From: a virus
Lineage: Duplodnaviria; Caudoviricetes
Reading direction: 5' to 3' (one strand)
Virus record (IMG/VR): IMGVR_UViG_2687453145_000002
Location: 1 to 64,000 of that record
DNA: 64,000 nucleotides
Numbering within the stretch: the stretch's first letter is position 1; each line of letters opens with the position of its first letter. Shown here piece after piece: positions 8,882 to 17,133 of the stretch. The notes beneath the pieces are model-generated. The model was given only the letters and a program-made list of their open reading frames with translations, was not told where the DNA came from and ran no database searches. A program made the position numbers and the translations under genes.

Positions 8882-9493
8882 TTAGCCTCTACGTTCTACC
8901 ATCCTCCCAAGGAGGATTACATCTTTAGCTGAGATGACCGGAAGGCGTTCATCATCAACTCCAAAGGCCCATCCCTCTATGGCAGGTATAGCCCTCAGAA
9001 GCTTTGCTTGGTTAGCCCGACTTAACTGCACTAGTAGCACTGCATCAGCTTCAATCGTATTGACCCCGAGATCGATCACACAAACATCACCTTGCACTAT
9101 CCCTTGTTTGGATAGCTGGTCGTTGGGAGCTTCAACCCCAATAAGCGCACCAGGCATATCAGTGAGAAGCATGCGGTCTGAGCTGACAAGAGGAAGTGAG
9201 TCAGTTGGATGTTGCAGCACCTCATCAATGGTGAATACAGGAATCCGATAAACGCTATTCACCAAGTCACTAACCACCTCAATAGAGGGGCGGCCGGTGT
9301 ACAGCTCAATAGGATCTACTGACAGAGCCTTTGCAAGACCGAATAGGGTGGAAACCCGAACGTCTTTCAGAGGGTTACTTAGAAGGTTCGATACCAGAGA
9401 TTTGGATATCCCAGCCCTTCTGGCTATCTCGGAGACGCCAAGACCTTGCTCTTCCATTCTCGCTCTGACTCGTTCGTTAAATGAAGGTTTCAT
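8882..9493 (-). CDS. cI: CI-like repressor (HTH + degenerate S24-like domain)
   Basis: N-terminal XRE HTH, divergent from cro; C-terminal GDVCVID...ILLGRMVE pattern. Confidence 0.8.
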   Translation of the reverse strand: MKPSFNERVRARMEEQGLGVSEIARRAGISKSLVSNLLSNPLKDVRVSTLFGLAKALSVDPIELYTGRPSIEVVSDLVNSVYRIPVFTIDEVLQHPTDSLPLVSSDRMLLTDMPGALIGVEAPNDQLSKQGIVQGDVCVIDLGVNTIEADAVLLVQLSRANQAKLLRAIPAIEGWAFGVDDERLPVISAKDVILLGRMVERRG

Positions 9494-9556
9494 GTCGCCT
9501 GCTGCAAGTTATCGATTATGAACAAATTCTATGACGCACGTTGTTCTCATTGGTTG

Positions 9557-9595
9557 TTGAATGTGGAAATGTTAGTGGTTACGATAGTGAACGAT
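9557..9595 (+). promoter_or_regulatory. PR promoter and operator
   Basis: TTGAAT-17-TACGAT; ATAGTGAACGAT (9584-9595) resembles the OL boxes. Confidence 0.65.
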
Positions 9596-9625
9596 CGCCA
9601 ATGACCTCTATCAAGGACCCGACCA

Positions 9626-9844
9626 ATGAAGAAACGCGAAGTGATTGAGTATTTCGGCAACATGGCCCGAGCTATGAAAGCCATCGGCATCTCCCGCAGC
9701 CTAGCTGTGAAGTGGGGGGACGTGATCCCTGCCCAGCATGCAGTCAGCTTCGTCATCGCTAGCAACGGTGATCTGCGTTTGGGCCTGGAGGATTACCCCC
9801 TTCTGAGCAAAGAACAAGAACAGCCTACCCAGCAGGCCGCCTAA
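9626..9844 (+). CDS. cro: Cro-like repressor
   Basis: MKKREVIEYFG...A.AIGIS...KWGDVIP, P22-Cro-like. Confidence 0.85.
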   Translation: MKKREVIEYFGNMARAMKAIGISRSLAVKWGDVIPAQHAVSFVIASNGDLRLGLEDYPLLSKEQEQPTQQAA

Positions 9845-9885
9845 CCACCGGCCCGCTTTCCCACCCAACACAGAGGACCAACTAC

Positions 9886-10275
9886 ATGGGAAGAATATCG
9901 CTCCCCGATCATGAAAAACTCGACACGCTGTCACCGCTGAAGGTGCGTGGCACCCCGGGCCAGCGCCAGGTGTGGCAGGAAGTGGGTGCAGAACTGCGCA
10001 TGACCGAAACCGCATTTGCCCGAACCTCGCTGCTGATCCTGCTCAAGGCCATATCCCAACATGAGCCGCAAATCCTGGCTAGGGCCGTGAAACGGGCCAA
10101 TCGGAGCTTGCTCGACCAGGGATATCCGCCAGTGACCGTCGAGGAGATCCTGGATGGCTCCGGCCTTCCCGAGCGCGGCTTGCTTCAGTTCAGCCCGGAA
10201 GACGAGGCCGCCTACAACGAGGAGCGCCCCCTACGACCCCTGCAAAAACTCATCAACTTCGTCCTCGGGAGGTAA
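9886..10275 (+). CDS. Hypothetical regulator (CII position)
   Basis: Position after cro; GAGGACCAACTAC RBS. Confidence 0.55.
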   Translation: MGRISLPDHEKLDTLSPLKVRGTPGQRQVWQEVGAELRMTETAFARTSLLILLKAISQHEPQILARAVKRANRSLLDQGYPPVTVEEILDGSGLPERGLLQFSPEDEAAYNEERPLRPLQKLINFVLGR

Positions 10276-10278
10276 CCC

Positions 10279-10497
10279 ATGACCACGCAACTCCGCCCGC
10301 CGCGCCCGGCATCCCAGCATGTCAGCGATCGGGACAACATCATCCTGAAATCGGTCATGCATGAGTTGGCCCTGGCCCTCGATGAGCCGCTGATTTCGAC
10401 TGCCCACGCCGCCGGCACCGACCGCCAAGCTGTCCGCCTGGCTCGGGAGCTTGAAGCTCGCACCCTGGCACGCACCGAGAAGCAGCCAAGCGCCTAA
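10279..10497 (+). CDS. Hypothetical protein
   Basis: GGAGG RBS, operon context. Confidence 0.6.
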   Translation: MTTQLRPPRPASQHVSDRDNIILKSVMHELALALDEPLISTAHAAGTDRQAVRLARELEARTLARTEKQPSA

Positions 10498-10545
10498 TTT
10501 ATCCAGGCCCGCTTAACCACCGGGCTTTTTACCAGGACCCATCCA

Positions 10546-10704
10546 ATGACCAATTCATCCATGGCCCATGGGGGCCACCCATTGCCTCATGATCTCAACC
10601 ACTGCCCGCGATGCGGCAGTGAACTGCGATCCAGTACCGATGACCACGCATTTGAGTGCCCGGCCTGTGCCTACACCGAGCAGGAGGTACGCCATGCATC
10701 CTAA
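10546..10704 (+). CDS. 52-aa zinc-ribbon protein (not in ORF track)
   Basis: Hand-translated ...HCPRCGSELRSSTDDHAFECPACAY...; AGGACCCATCCA RBS; stop overlaps next gene. Confidence 0.65.
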   Translation: MTNSSMAHGGHPLPHDLNHCPRCGSELRSSTDDHAFECPACAYTEQEVRHAS

Positions 10705-10939
10705 GGAGTTCATCGAGCGCCATGTTCGCAAACTTCTGCTCGCTGACGGTTTCTCTGCCGAAGCTACCCACCTGGCCTGTAAGGAGGCTGTCAGCCACTA
10801 CGAGAAAACATCGGGTTTCCGGAAGGGGGCCGTGTTCTCGGAGTGTCTGCGGGTCGCCAAGCGCATGGCCAAGCTGGTCCAGAAGAAACAGCGCCAGCAG
10901 GCGAGAGAAGATAAGAAGAAAGGGAAGGTGGCGGCATGA
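10694..10939 (+). CDS. Hypothetical protein
   Basis: GGAGG RBS before MHPKEF; ATGA-coupled to the initiator. Confidence 0.6.
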   Translation: MHPKEFIERHVRKLLLADGFSAEATHLACKEAVSHYEKTSGFRKGAVFSECLRVAKRMAKLVQKKQRQQAREDKKKGKVAA

Positions 10940-11697
10940 GTATGCTACTGATGGCCAAGGCCATGAGCATCAAGGTGGGCAATCCACTTCGGAAGTTGGT
11001 GCTGATCAAGCTGGCGGACAACGCCAGCGATACCGGTGAGTGCTGGCCTTCTCATCAGCATATTGCCGATCAGTGTGAGATATCCAGGCGCTCAGTCATT
11101 ACCCATATTGATGCGCTTTGTGAGACAGGGTTGCTGCAAAAAAGCTCTCGTATTGGGCCTGCAGGTAAGCGATCCAACGTGTATATCCTGACACTTGATA
11201 GTGCAGGAGTTGCACATCCAAATGTGCAGGAGATTCACATGGTATGTGCAGGAGATGCACAGGCCCCTAGTGCAGGAGCTGCACATAGAATCAGTCACTC
11301 TTTAGATCCAGTCATTGAACCAAAGATCCCCCCTGTATCCCCCCAAGGGGACAAACGCCCAGACAGTGGGCCGCCACGACGAGGTACACGCTTGCCGAAC
11401 GACTGGGTGCTTCCAGGCGAGTGGGGGAGGTGGGCTATCCAGGAGACAGGCCTCCCCAGGGAGCGGATCTTGCTGGAGGCGGCCACGTTCGCGGATTACT
11501 GGCAGGCGCTGCCCGGCGCCAAGGCGGTCAAGCTGGACTGGGAGAAGACCTGGCGAAACTGGATACGCCGGGCAGCCAGCTCGTTCCGAACAGCGGCACA
11601 GCGCAAGCCACTGGAAAACCTACAGGCGGCCCAGCAGGCTGCTAAGGAACTCAGGGAGTCGGGGAGGGGGGATTATGACGACAGCACTCCGCTCTGA
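10936..11697 (+). CDS. Phage replication initiator (N-terminal wHTH, DnaT-like C-terminus)
   Basis: KLVLIKLADNA...CWPS...IA..CEIS; RLPNDW...FADYW...DWEKTWRNW; internal iterons. Confidence 0.85.
   Translation: MSMLLMAKAMSIKVGNPLRKLVLIKLADNASDTGECWPSHQHIADQCEISRRSVITHIDALCETGLLQKSSRIGPAGKRSNVYILTLDSAGVAHPNVQEIHMVCAGDAQAPSAGAAHRISHSLDPVIEPKIPPVSPQGDKRPDSGPPRRGTRLPNDWVLPGEWGRWAIQETGLPRERILLEAATFADYWQALPGAKAVKLDWEKTWRNWIRRAASSFRTAAQRKPLENLQAAQQAAKELRESGRGDYDDSTPL
11201..11284 (+). repeat. Four iterons (replication origin)
   Basis: GTGCAGGAGNT(G/T)CAC at 11201, 11224, 11246 and 11270, inside the initiator gene. Confidence 0.85.
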
Positions 11698-12166
11698 CGA
11701 GGCGACGGCCCTGAGCGCATCAGTGGATGTTCTGCAGGTCAGTGCTCGCATGTCGGTATTCTTGGCCGAGGAGCTGCTGCCGCTGATGGCCGGGCTATGG
11801 CCTGCAAGTGCCAACCAGCTGGACAGCAATGCCCGCGGCGTGGCGCTGGCCTGGGGAAGCATGCTAAGGGGTTTCAATGCGCAGCAGATCCGCGAGGCGG
11901 TGCTGCAGCTTGGGGAGGATGCCGATCGGCAGTTTGCGCCGCGGCCGGCGGAGGTGAGGGCCGTGATTGTGAAAGCTACCCCTGCTGCCACGGTTGCCCA
12001 GGGAGGCCCCTGTCTATCGATTAGGGCTTGCGAGGTGATTGCCGAAGCGCGGGTATTTCAGAGGGATCGATTAGTGCCTGTCGATGCAGTGGCCAAGGAG
12101 CTGCAGCAGGTGCTAGCCGAGAAAGCTCACCAAGGAGTGAGTGTAACGGGAGGAGTATCGAGATAG
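11675..12166 (+). CDS. Replication protein P-like (helicase loader position)
   Basis: Follows the initiator; AW..ML.G....QI...F.PRPAEV pattern. Confidence 0.6.
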   Translation: MTTALRSDEATALSASVDVLQVSARMSVFLAEELLPLMAGLWPASANQLDSNARGVALAWGSMLRGFNAQQIREAVLQLGEDADRQFAPRPAEVRAVIVKATPAATVAQGGPCLSIRACEVIAEARVFQRDRLVPVDAVAKELQQVLAEKAHQGVSVTGGVSR

Positions 12167-12184
12167 GACTAAGGGATGCCAAAT

Positions 12185-12216
12185 ACAGCCCACTGTATTG
12201 CTACAGATTGGGCTGT
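12185..12216. terminator. Hairpin between convergent genes
   Basis: ACAGCCCA-CTGTA-TTGC-TACAG-AT-TGGGCTGT. Confidence 0.5.
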
Positions 12217-12299
12217 GTGATAGCAAGACTAAGGTGTAATTCAAACAAAAAAATATAATTTTAATGTAAGAGATTGCTAAATCTATCTGGGACGATTTG

Positions 12300-12968
12300 T
12301 TAGGTGCTTTTCTCTGGTGATAAATAAGATCTTAATTGACTCTCTAATTTATTTTTCAGCGCATTAGACGTACTTACAGTAAACTTATAAAAATTATCTT
12401 GTTTATCATAAGCCTGAGCAATCTGAGATTCATTTAGGTTTTTTAATCCAGCGATGAATGTTGCGCCTTGGAACAATTTAACCTGTTTGTCTATCTCTAT
12501 AGCAAACTCTTCTATTTCATTACTAATCGATGCATCTAACCAAAGTTTTTCAATTTCAAAATTTTCGCGAAATGCTGTTACGGCACTGTTGAAATTTTCA
12601 TCTGCGCCATCATCTTTCATTAGAATTATTTTTTTGGAAGACATAAACAAAATAGCTAATTTTTCATATATTTTCTCTATCGCATTTATTTGTTTTTCAT
12701 GATATCGAGATAGTCTGATTTGATATTCTATAGTACCTTTGCTTAATTGGTTCTTTATCAATTCTGTATCAGTGGTTATAGCTCTATTTTGATCGGCAAT
12801 GTCTTGGAAGTTTTTATTTATTGCCTCTAATTCAGCCTTTTTTTTAATAAAGGCGGCGCAATAAATGCCCGCAATTGAAAACAGAAGTATTATCAGATTG
12901 AGCAATATCAATCTATCGTTTGAATCGATGATTGCATTTGCAATAGCTTGTAATTCATCGTACTTCAT
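12300..12968 (-). CDS. Low-GC single-TM coiled-coil protein (accessory)
   Basis: One hydrophobic helix followed by a helical domain; AT-rich. Confidence 0.7.
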   Translation of the reverse strand: MKYDELQAIANAIIDSNDRLILLNLIILLFSIAGIYCAAFIKKKAELEAINKNFQDIADQNRAITTDTELIKNQLSKGTIEYQIRLSRYHEKQINAIEKIYEKLAILFMSSKKIILMKDDGADENFNSAVTAFRENFEIEKLWLDASISNEIEEFAIEIDKQVKLFQGATFIAGLKNLNESQIAQAYDKQDNFYKFTVSTSNALKNKLESQLRSYLSPEKST

Positions 12969-13120
12969 TATGTTCCCTTACTATGATGTGGAGAGCATTA
13001 ATAATTAGAAAAAAATTTTGGTTTTGAATAGCAGAAACAGAATATAATAGGTCCTCTTTGAAGTGTTTAAATCAGTGCAGTTTGACTTATATCAGAAGCT
13101 GTCAGTGCTGCGCAATATCA

Positions 13121-13348
13121 CTAAACCACATATAGGGGGTTCCATTCAGCAGTGTTCTGGCTTGTCTGAATATCTACAGCTCGCCCTATCAAGGAAAAGC
13201 AGTTGTGGTACACAGCCTCCGCGCTTTCTTTATACTTCTCAATGCTCATCTTGCGTGTTGAGCCAGATTCATTGGTGATGGTGACCATTCGACCGTCTGC
13301 GCTGACCTTCGTCAGGACTCCATCGTGAATCCAAACATAACCACTCAT
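13121..13348 (-). CDS. Small hypothetical protein, possibly frameshifted at the 3' end
   Basis: MSGYVWIHDG...; removing one C from a C5 run gives WNPYMWFSDIAQH*. Confidence 0.4.
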   Translation of the reverse strand: MSGYVWIHDGVLTKVSADGRMVTITNESGSTRKMSIEKYKESAEAVYHNCFSLIGRAVDIQTSQNTAEWNPLYVV

Positions 13349-13499
13349 TTCTACCACTCTCCCCGGTGTGCTGTGTGCTTCCGCCAACAGCATTGGTGCA
13401 AACCGCAAACCATACTCCAAATGAGGCTTATTATTAATCAATTAAGCGGTAAATCAAGATGTGATCACAGTTTGGCTGGTTTGAGGTGGAAACTCTTGG

Positions 13500-13789
13500 G
13501 TCTACGTAAGAGCAAGGGGGAGTAGGTGTGAGAGCTGCTCTGTTGCTTGGGGAAGGAGGAGATCGGCAGTTCGCGCGGCCGGCGGAGAGGACCGCCATCC
13601 TGCGGAATAATCCCGTTCCCCGCGCCAGTTGGCCGCCTGGTGTCTCTGCGAGTATGTGAGATGGAGGCGGAGGTGAAGGTGTACCTGCGGGATCGCAGTG
13701 TGCCTGCCAGCACCGTGGCCATGGAATTGCAGCTGGTGCTGGCTGAGAAGTCACGCGAAGGAGTGACTGTGACGGGGAAGGTTGTATGA
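13500..13789 (+). pseudogene. Degenerate second copy of the 3' half of the P-like gene
   Basis: VSLRVCEMEAEVKVYLRDRSVP...ELQLVLAEKSREGVTVTG matches LSIRACEVIAEARVFQRDRLVP...ELQQVLAEKAHQGVSVTG; DNA similarity with indels. Confidence 0.75.
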
Positions 13790-14058
13790 GTGAAATGGAA
13801 CCAAGAGGGGTTGTGCTGCTAACGGTTTGGGAAGATATCGGGGAGGAGTTCTGGCCATCTCCAACAGACCAAAGAGAGTACGTCAATGTGTGCGGCTGGG
13901 TATGGACAGTCACATACACAGGGCAATCCAGTCAGATGATCTTGGCTGATTTCCCCGGTTATAAGCTGGGGGAGGAGAGAGCTCCGATCACGTTGTCAGA
14001 TATGGCTGTGTTTGAATCGCTGGTGCTCGGCAGTCGAGTATTGGTTGAATTGATGTAG
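13786..14058 (+). CDS. Hypothetical protein
   Basis: ATGA-coupled to the P remnant. Confidence 0.5.
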   Translation: MSEMEPRGVVLLTVWEDIGEEFWPSPTDQREYVNVCGWVWTVTYTGQSSQMILADFPGYKLGEERAPITLSDMAVFESLVLGSRVLVELM

Positions 14059-14166
14059 TTGTGGAGAGAACCTCAAGAGATATCGACCCGAGAGCACAGA
14101 GTCCTACCAAGAGACGGGGCGACGGTGGGGCAAGCCTCAAGGCGTTGTTCAGGAGGGGGAAGGATA

Positions 14167-14185
14167 CACCGGCCTGAGGCCGGTG
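14167..14185 (-). terminator. Hairpin closing cassette (copy 1)
   Basis: CACCGGCC-TGA-GGCCGGTG; near-identical copy at 17041. Confidence 0.6.
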
Positions 14186-14189
14186 ATAT

Positions 14190-15053
14190 TTATACACATA
14201 AATAATTGTTGTGAAAATCACTGGAAAATTTAATATCATGAGAAAAAATTATTATTTCTGTGCCAACTCTTTTTGTTGCTGCTGAATAATTTAATTTGAA
14301 TTCATGAACGAGATGGTCTTTATAAAGACGTCTAATTTCATCTGCATTATCGTATGTTGTTATCCATGGTAAATTCAGGGATTTTATTTTTTTGCAGAGT
14401 TCTACATGTTGATCTTTATTGTAGAAATTTGTATAGAGGGTGGACCCCTTTTCGTAATAAGGAGGGTCGATTAAAACCAATCCACGAGAACTGTTGTCAT
14501 TCCCAATTGTATCAAAAAAGCATTGGGCATCCATATTATACAATGTAATTCTATCTCGTAAATTGGCAATAACTCTTATCTTTCTTATAATATCTTTTTT
14601 GTTGAATCGGCAATCCAGTTTATATTTTCCTTTCTGCTCAAAGCCACCAATTACTCCAGCCTTAAGAATTATTCCAGAGCGATTGGTCCTATTCATGAAT
14701 AGTGTTGAGAATGCAAGTTCTATAGGTAAAGAGTGCTCTTTATTTTCTTGAACTATCCGCTGTTTATACCACTCGCTGATAGTTATTTCAGTTGACTCAA
14801 TCTTTGAAATAAGCTCTTCAGTTCTATGTAATACTGCATCCCAAAACGACCAGATTGAACGGTCTAAATCATTAATATGTATGTGAGATACTCTCCCCTT
14901 AATCAGAAGGGCAAGGGCTAAGCCGCAACCACCTGCATATGGCTCATAATAATGAGAGCCACAGAGGTTGTTGCTGACTAGTAAATTATCAATCATCTTA
15001 TATATAGATGATTTTCCACCAGGATATCTAAGGGGAGAATGAGTTACAGGCAT
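14190..15053 (-). CDS. DNA adenine methyltransferase (D12/Dam class)
   Basis: SPLRYPGGKS, YEPYAGG, IND, DPPYY motifs. Confidence 0.92.
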   Translation of the reverse strand: MPVTHSPLRYPGGKSSIYKMIDNLLVSNNLCGSHYYEPYAGGCGLALALLIKGRVSHIHINDLDRSIWSFWDAVLHRTEELISKIESTEITISEWYKQRIVQENKEHSLPIELAFSTLFMNRTNRSGIILKAGVIGGFEQKGKYKLDCRFNKKDIIRKIRVIANLRDRITLYNMDAQCFFDTIGNDNSSRGLVLIDPPYYEKGSTLYTNFYNKDQHVELCKKIKSLNLPWITTYDNADEIRRLYKDHLVHEFKLNYSAATKRVGTEIIIFSHDIKFSSDFHNNYLCV

Positions 15054-15085
15054 CGAATAAAAGAAATATCAAAAAACGTATAGTA

Positions 15086-16511
15086 TTATACAACAGCTGA
15101 CACTTGTTTTAAAGTTGATTTTTCAATCATGTCAACTAATGGTTTGGTTATAATCCATACACTTCTCAGCATTTCTCTATCAGGGAGTATGAATTCACCA
15201 TGAGCATATCTATTTAGAGACTCCAGAGAGACCCATGACTGGCTGTTTGCATCGATAAACCTTTGCAAATCACTGCGATATACCTTGTCATCAAACCAAT
15301 TTTCTCTTTTGCAAAGAGCGGCTAAGTTATCTGATAAGTTTTTTACTCGACCATTTGGGTTTATACATTGATTTTTATTGTTGTTTACTTCAAATACTCT
15401 GACGACAGATAATTCCAGGATGGTTCTAAGTAGTAATGCCCCAGCCGTTTTGTGGGTATCAATCCACATGCCTTGAGCTTCCTCAATTAAAACATCTAGT
15501 TTTTTACATCCAGTTTCATAGCTAATATTTTTGGGGATAAGAGTTTCTTTGTTTTTTCTTCTGCTTTTTTCTTTTGGTTCTGGTTGTGGTCTGGTTGTAT
15601 CTATTGAGGGGGGGGGAATATTCTACTGGAGGTGAGTCAGTTGGTCCGGAATAATTTTTTATTGCAGTGTCAATATATTTTTTTATGGTTTCACTGTCAT
15701 TGTGTGTTCTTGAATCTATCCTTTTTTCGATAATGTCAATAATGATCTTTGAGAGTAGGTAGTTAAAAACATCCCTCGACGCAGTAGTTATTATTTTATT
15801 GTTGTTGACAGCAAAGCCTGTTTTCTCGATAAAATGTGAGTTGTTTATGAACCTCGAGAGCGTTGATATATTTAATTTTTGTTTTAGTGCTAGTGATTCT
15901 ATATCTGTAGGGAGGGATAACTCAGGGATATAGCGTTCAATTAAGTATTCCGTCACCGCTTGTGATATTTCTGATGGTGCGACGTTGAACCTTTTTGCTA
16001 TATCATCAACAGACTCACCATTATTTATTCCTACACCTGCAATAAATTTATTCTTTTGCTGTCTATTCCATTGTAGTTTCCCTTCCGCATGTAGTTCAAA
16101 TAAAACGTTTTCGACGTCATGTCTTGATGGTGCAACGTACACCTCAATCTTCTCTATTAGATCGACACCTAAACTATTTTTATGTTTACTCAATCTATTT
16201 CTTGCTTGCACTGTTGGCGCTAGATCTGGGTCTATTAAACACTTAAGTGCAGTTACTCTTCGATTACCCTCAACAACAGTATAATAATCCCCTTCCTTAA
16301 CCACATAAATAGGATCATGACAAATAAAGCCTTTGTCCGTTATCTTTGCGGCTAGTCGGAGTATTTTTTCATTTTCAAACATATAACTTATGATATCAGT
16401 TTGGTTCCTTATCGCTGAATATGAAGGTATCCTTGGATTATCCCTGTCTAGTCTAATATTAGATACTGATAGATTTATTCTTGCCCATTCTTGATAATTT
16501 ATTCGAGCCAT
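15086..16511 (-). pseudogene. ParB-like N-terminal + HEPN-like C-terminal protein, frameshifted at a C9 tract
   Basis: LDRDNPR and VVEGNRRVTALK (ParB-like); LLLRTILE...LNRYAH (HEPN-like). The two track ORFs join into 474 aa if G9 at 15608-15616 becomes G8. Confidence 0.75.
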
Positions 16512-16768
16512 GATCCCTCTCTTGTTTTAGTGGATATTAATAAAATTTGTAATCGTAGCCCGTACGACTCACCTAATTGGTTTTTCCATGTCGATTCGGA
16601 CATAGAGTCTATATTGTGCCTTTGTAAGTGGGGGTACGTTATGCATTACGTTAGCTACCGCCCTTGGGTTACAGCCCCCAGATTGCTGCTTTCGACCTGT
16701 GATCAGATGACAATTCCTTGTCATGGGTAGGCCTTGCATGGAGCTTGGGTACCGTGCGGAAATCGTAT

Positions 16769-16827
16769 CTCAAACGGTGCTGGTTGTGGAGTGTAATGAG
16801 CTCTGAATCAGGAGGGGATCACAGATT
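16769..16827. repeat. Cassette upstream repeat, copy A
   Basis: 48/59 identical to 18891-18949; core 34/39. Confidence 0.8.
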
Positions 16828-17040
16828 GGAGGGGTTGCTGTAGGGGGGGAGGGGCGCAAGCAGTGACGACAGAGAAGTGAGCTATAGCAGGAGTAGGCTA
16901 AGAAGGCACGCCAAGGCGTGACTTTGATTGGTAAAGCACAGTGAAGGTTCTGCGAGGAGGCCCAGCATAGTGCGGAGTTCTATCAGGAGATGGGGAAGAG
17001 GAGGGGGTGGAACGTTTAAAAGCGCTCTATAGAAGGAAGG

Positions 17041-17059
17041 CACCGGCCTGAGGCCAGTG
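17041..17059 (-). terminator. Hairpin closing cassette (copy 2)
   Basis: CACCGGCCTGAGGCCAGTG, 18/19 identical to 14167-14185. Confidence 0.55.
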
Positions 17060-17133
17060 CGACAGAATAAAGAGACATATAAATTCTGTTTAATGTACTA
17101 CTCAGTCAAGTGTAGTGCGTAAATATAAGGTTT

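Noticed and set aside
11201-11284. Repeats as a mini-CRISPR
   Set aside because: Spacers are only 7-9 nt and lie inside the initiator gene; these are classic iterons
12193-12206. CTGTATTGCTACAG as a LexA box
   Set aside because: Spacer is 8 nt rather than 10; it is part of a hairpin
16800-16827. CRP site within the cassette repeat
   Set aside because: Only a TGTGA half-site; the second half does not match at N6 spacing
16842-16855. G-run upstream of the ParB-HEPN cassette as a second phase switch
   Set aside because: Intergenic, and no promoter elements could be placed around it
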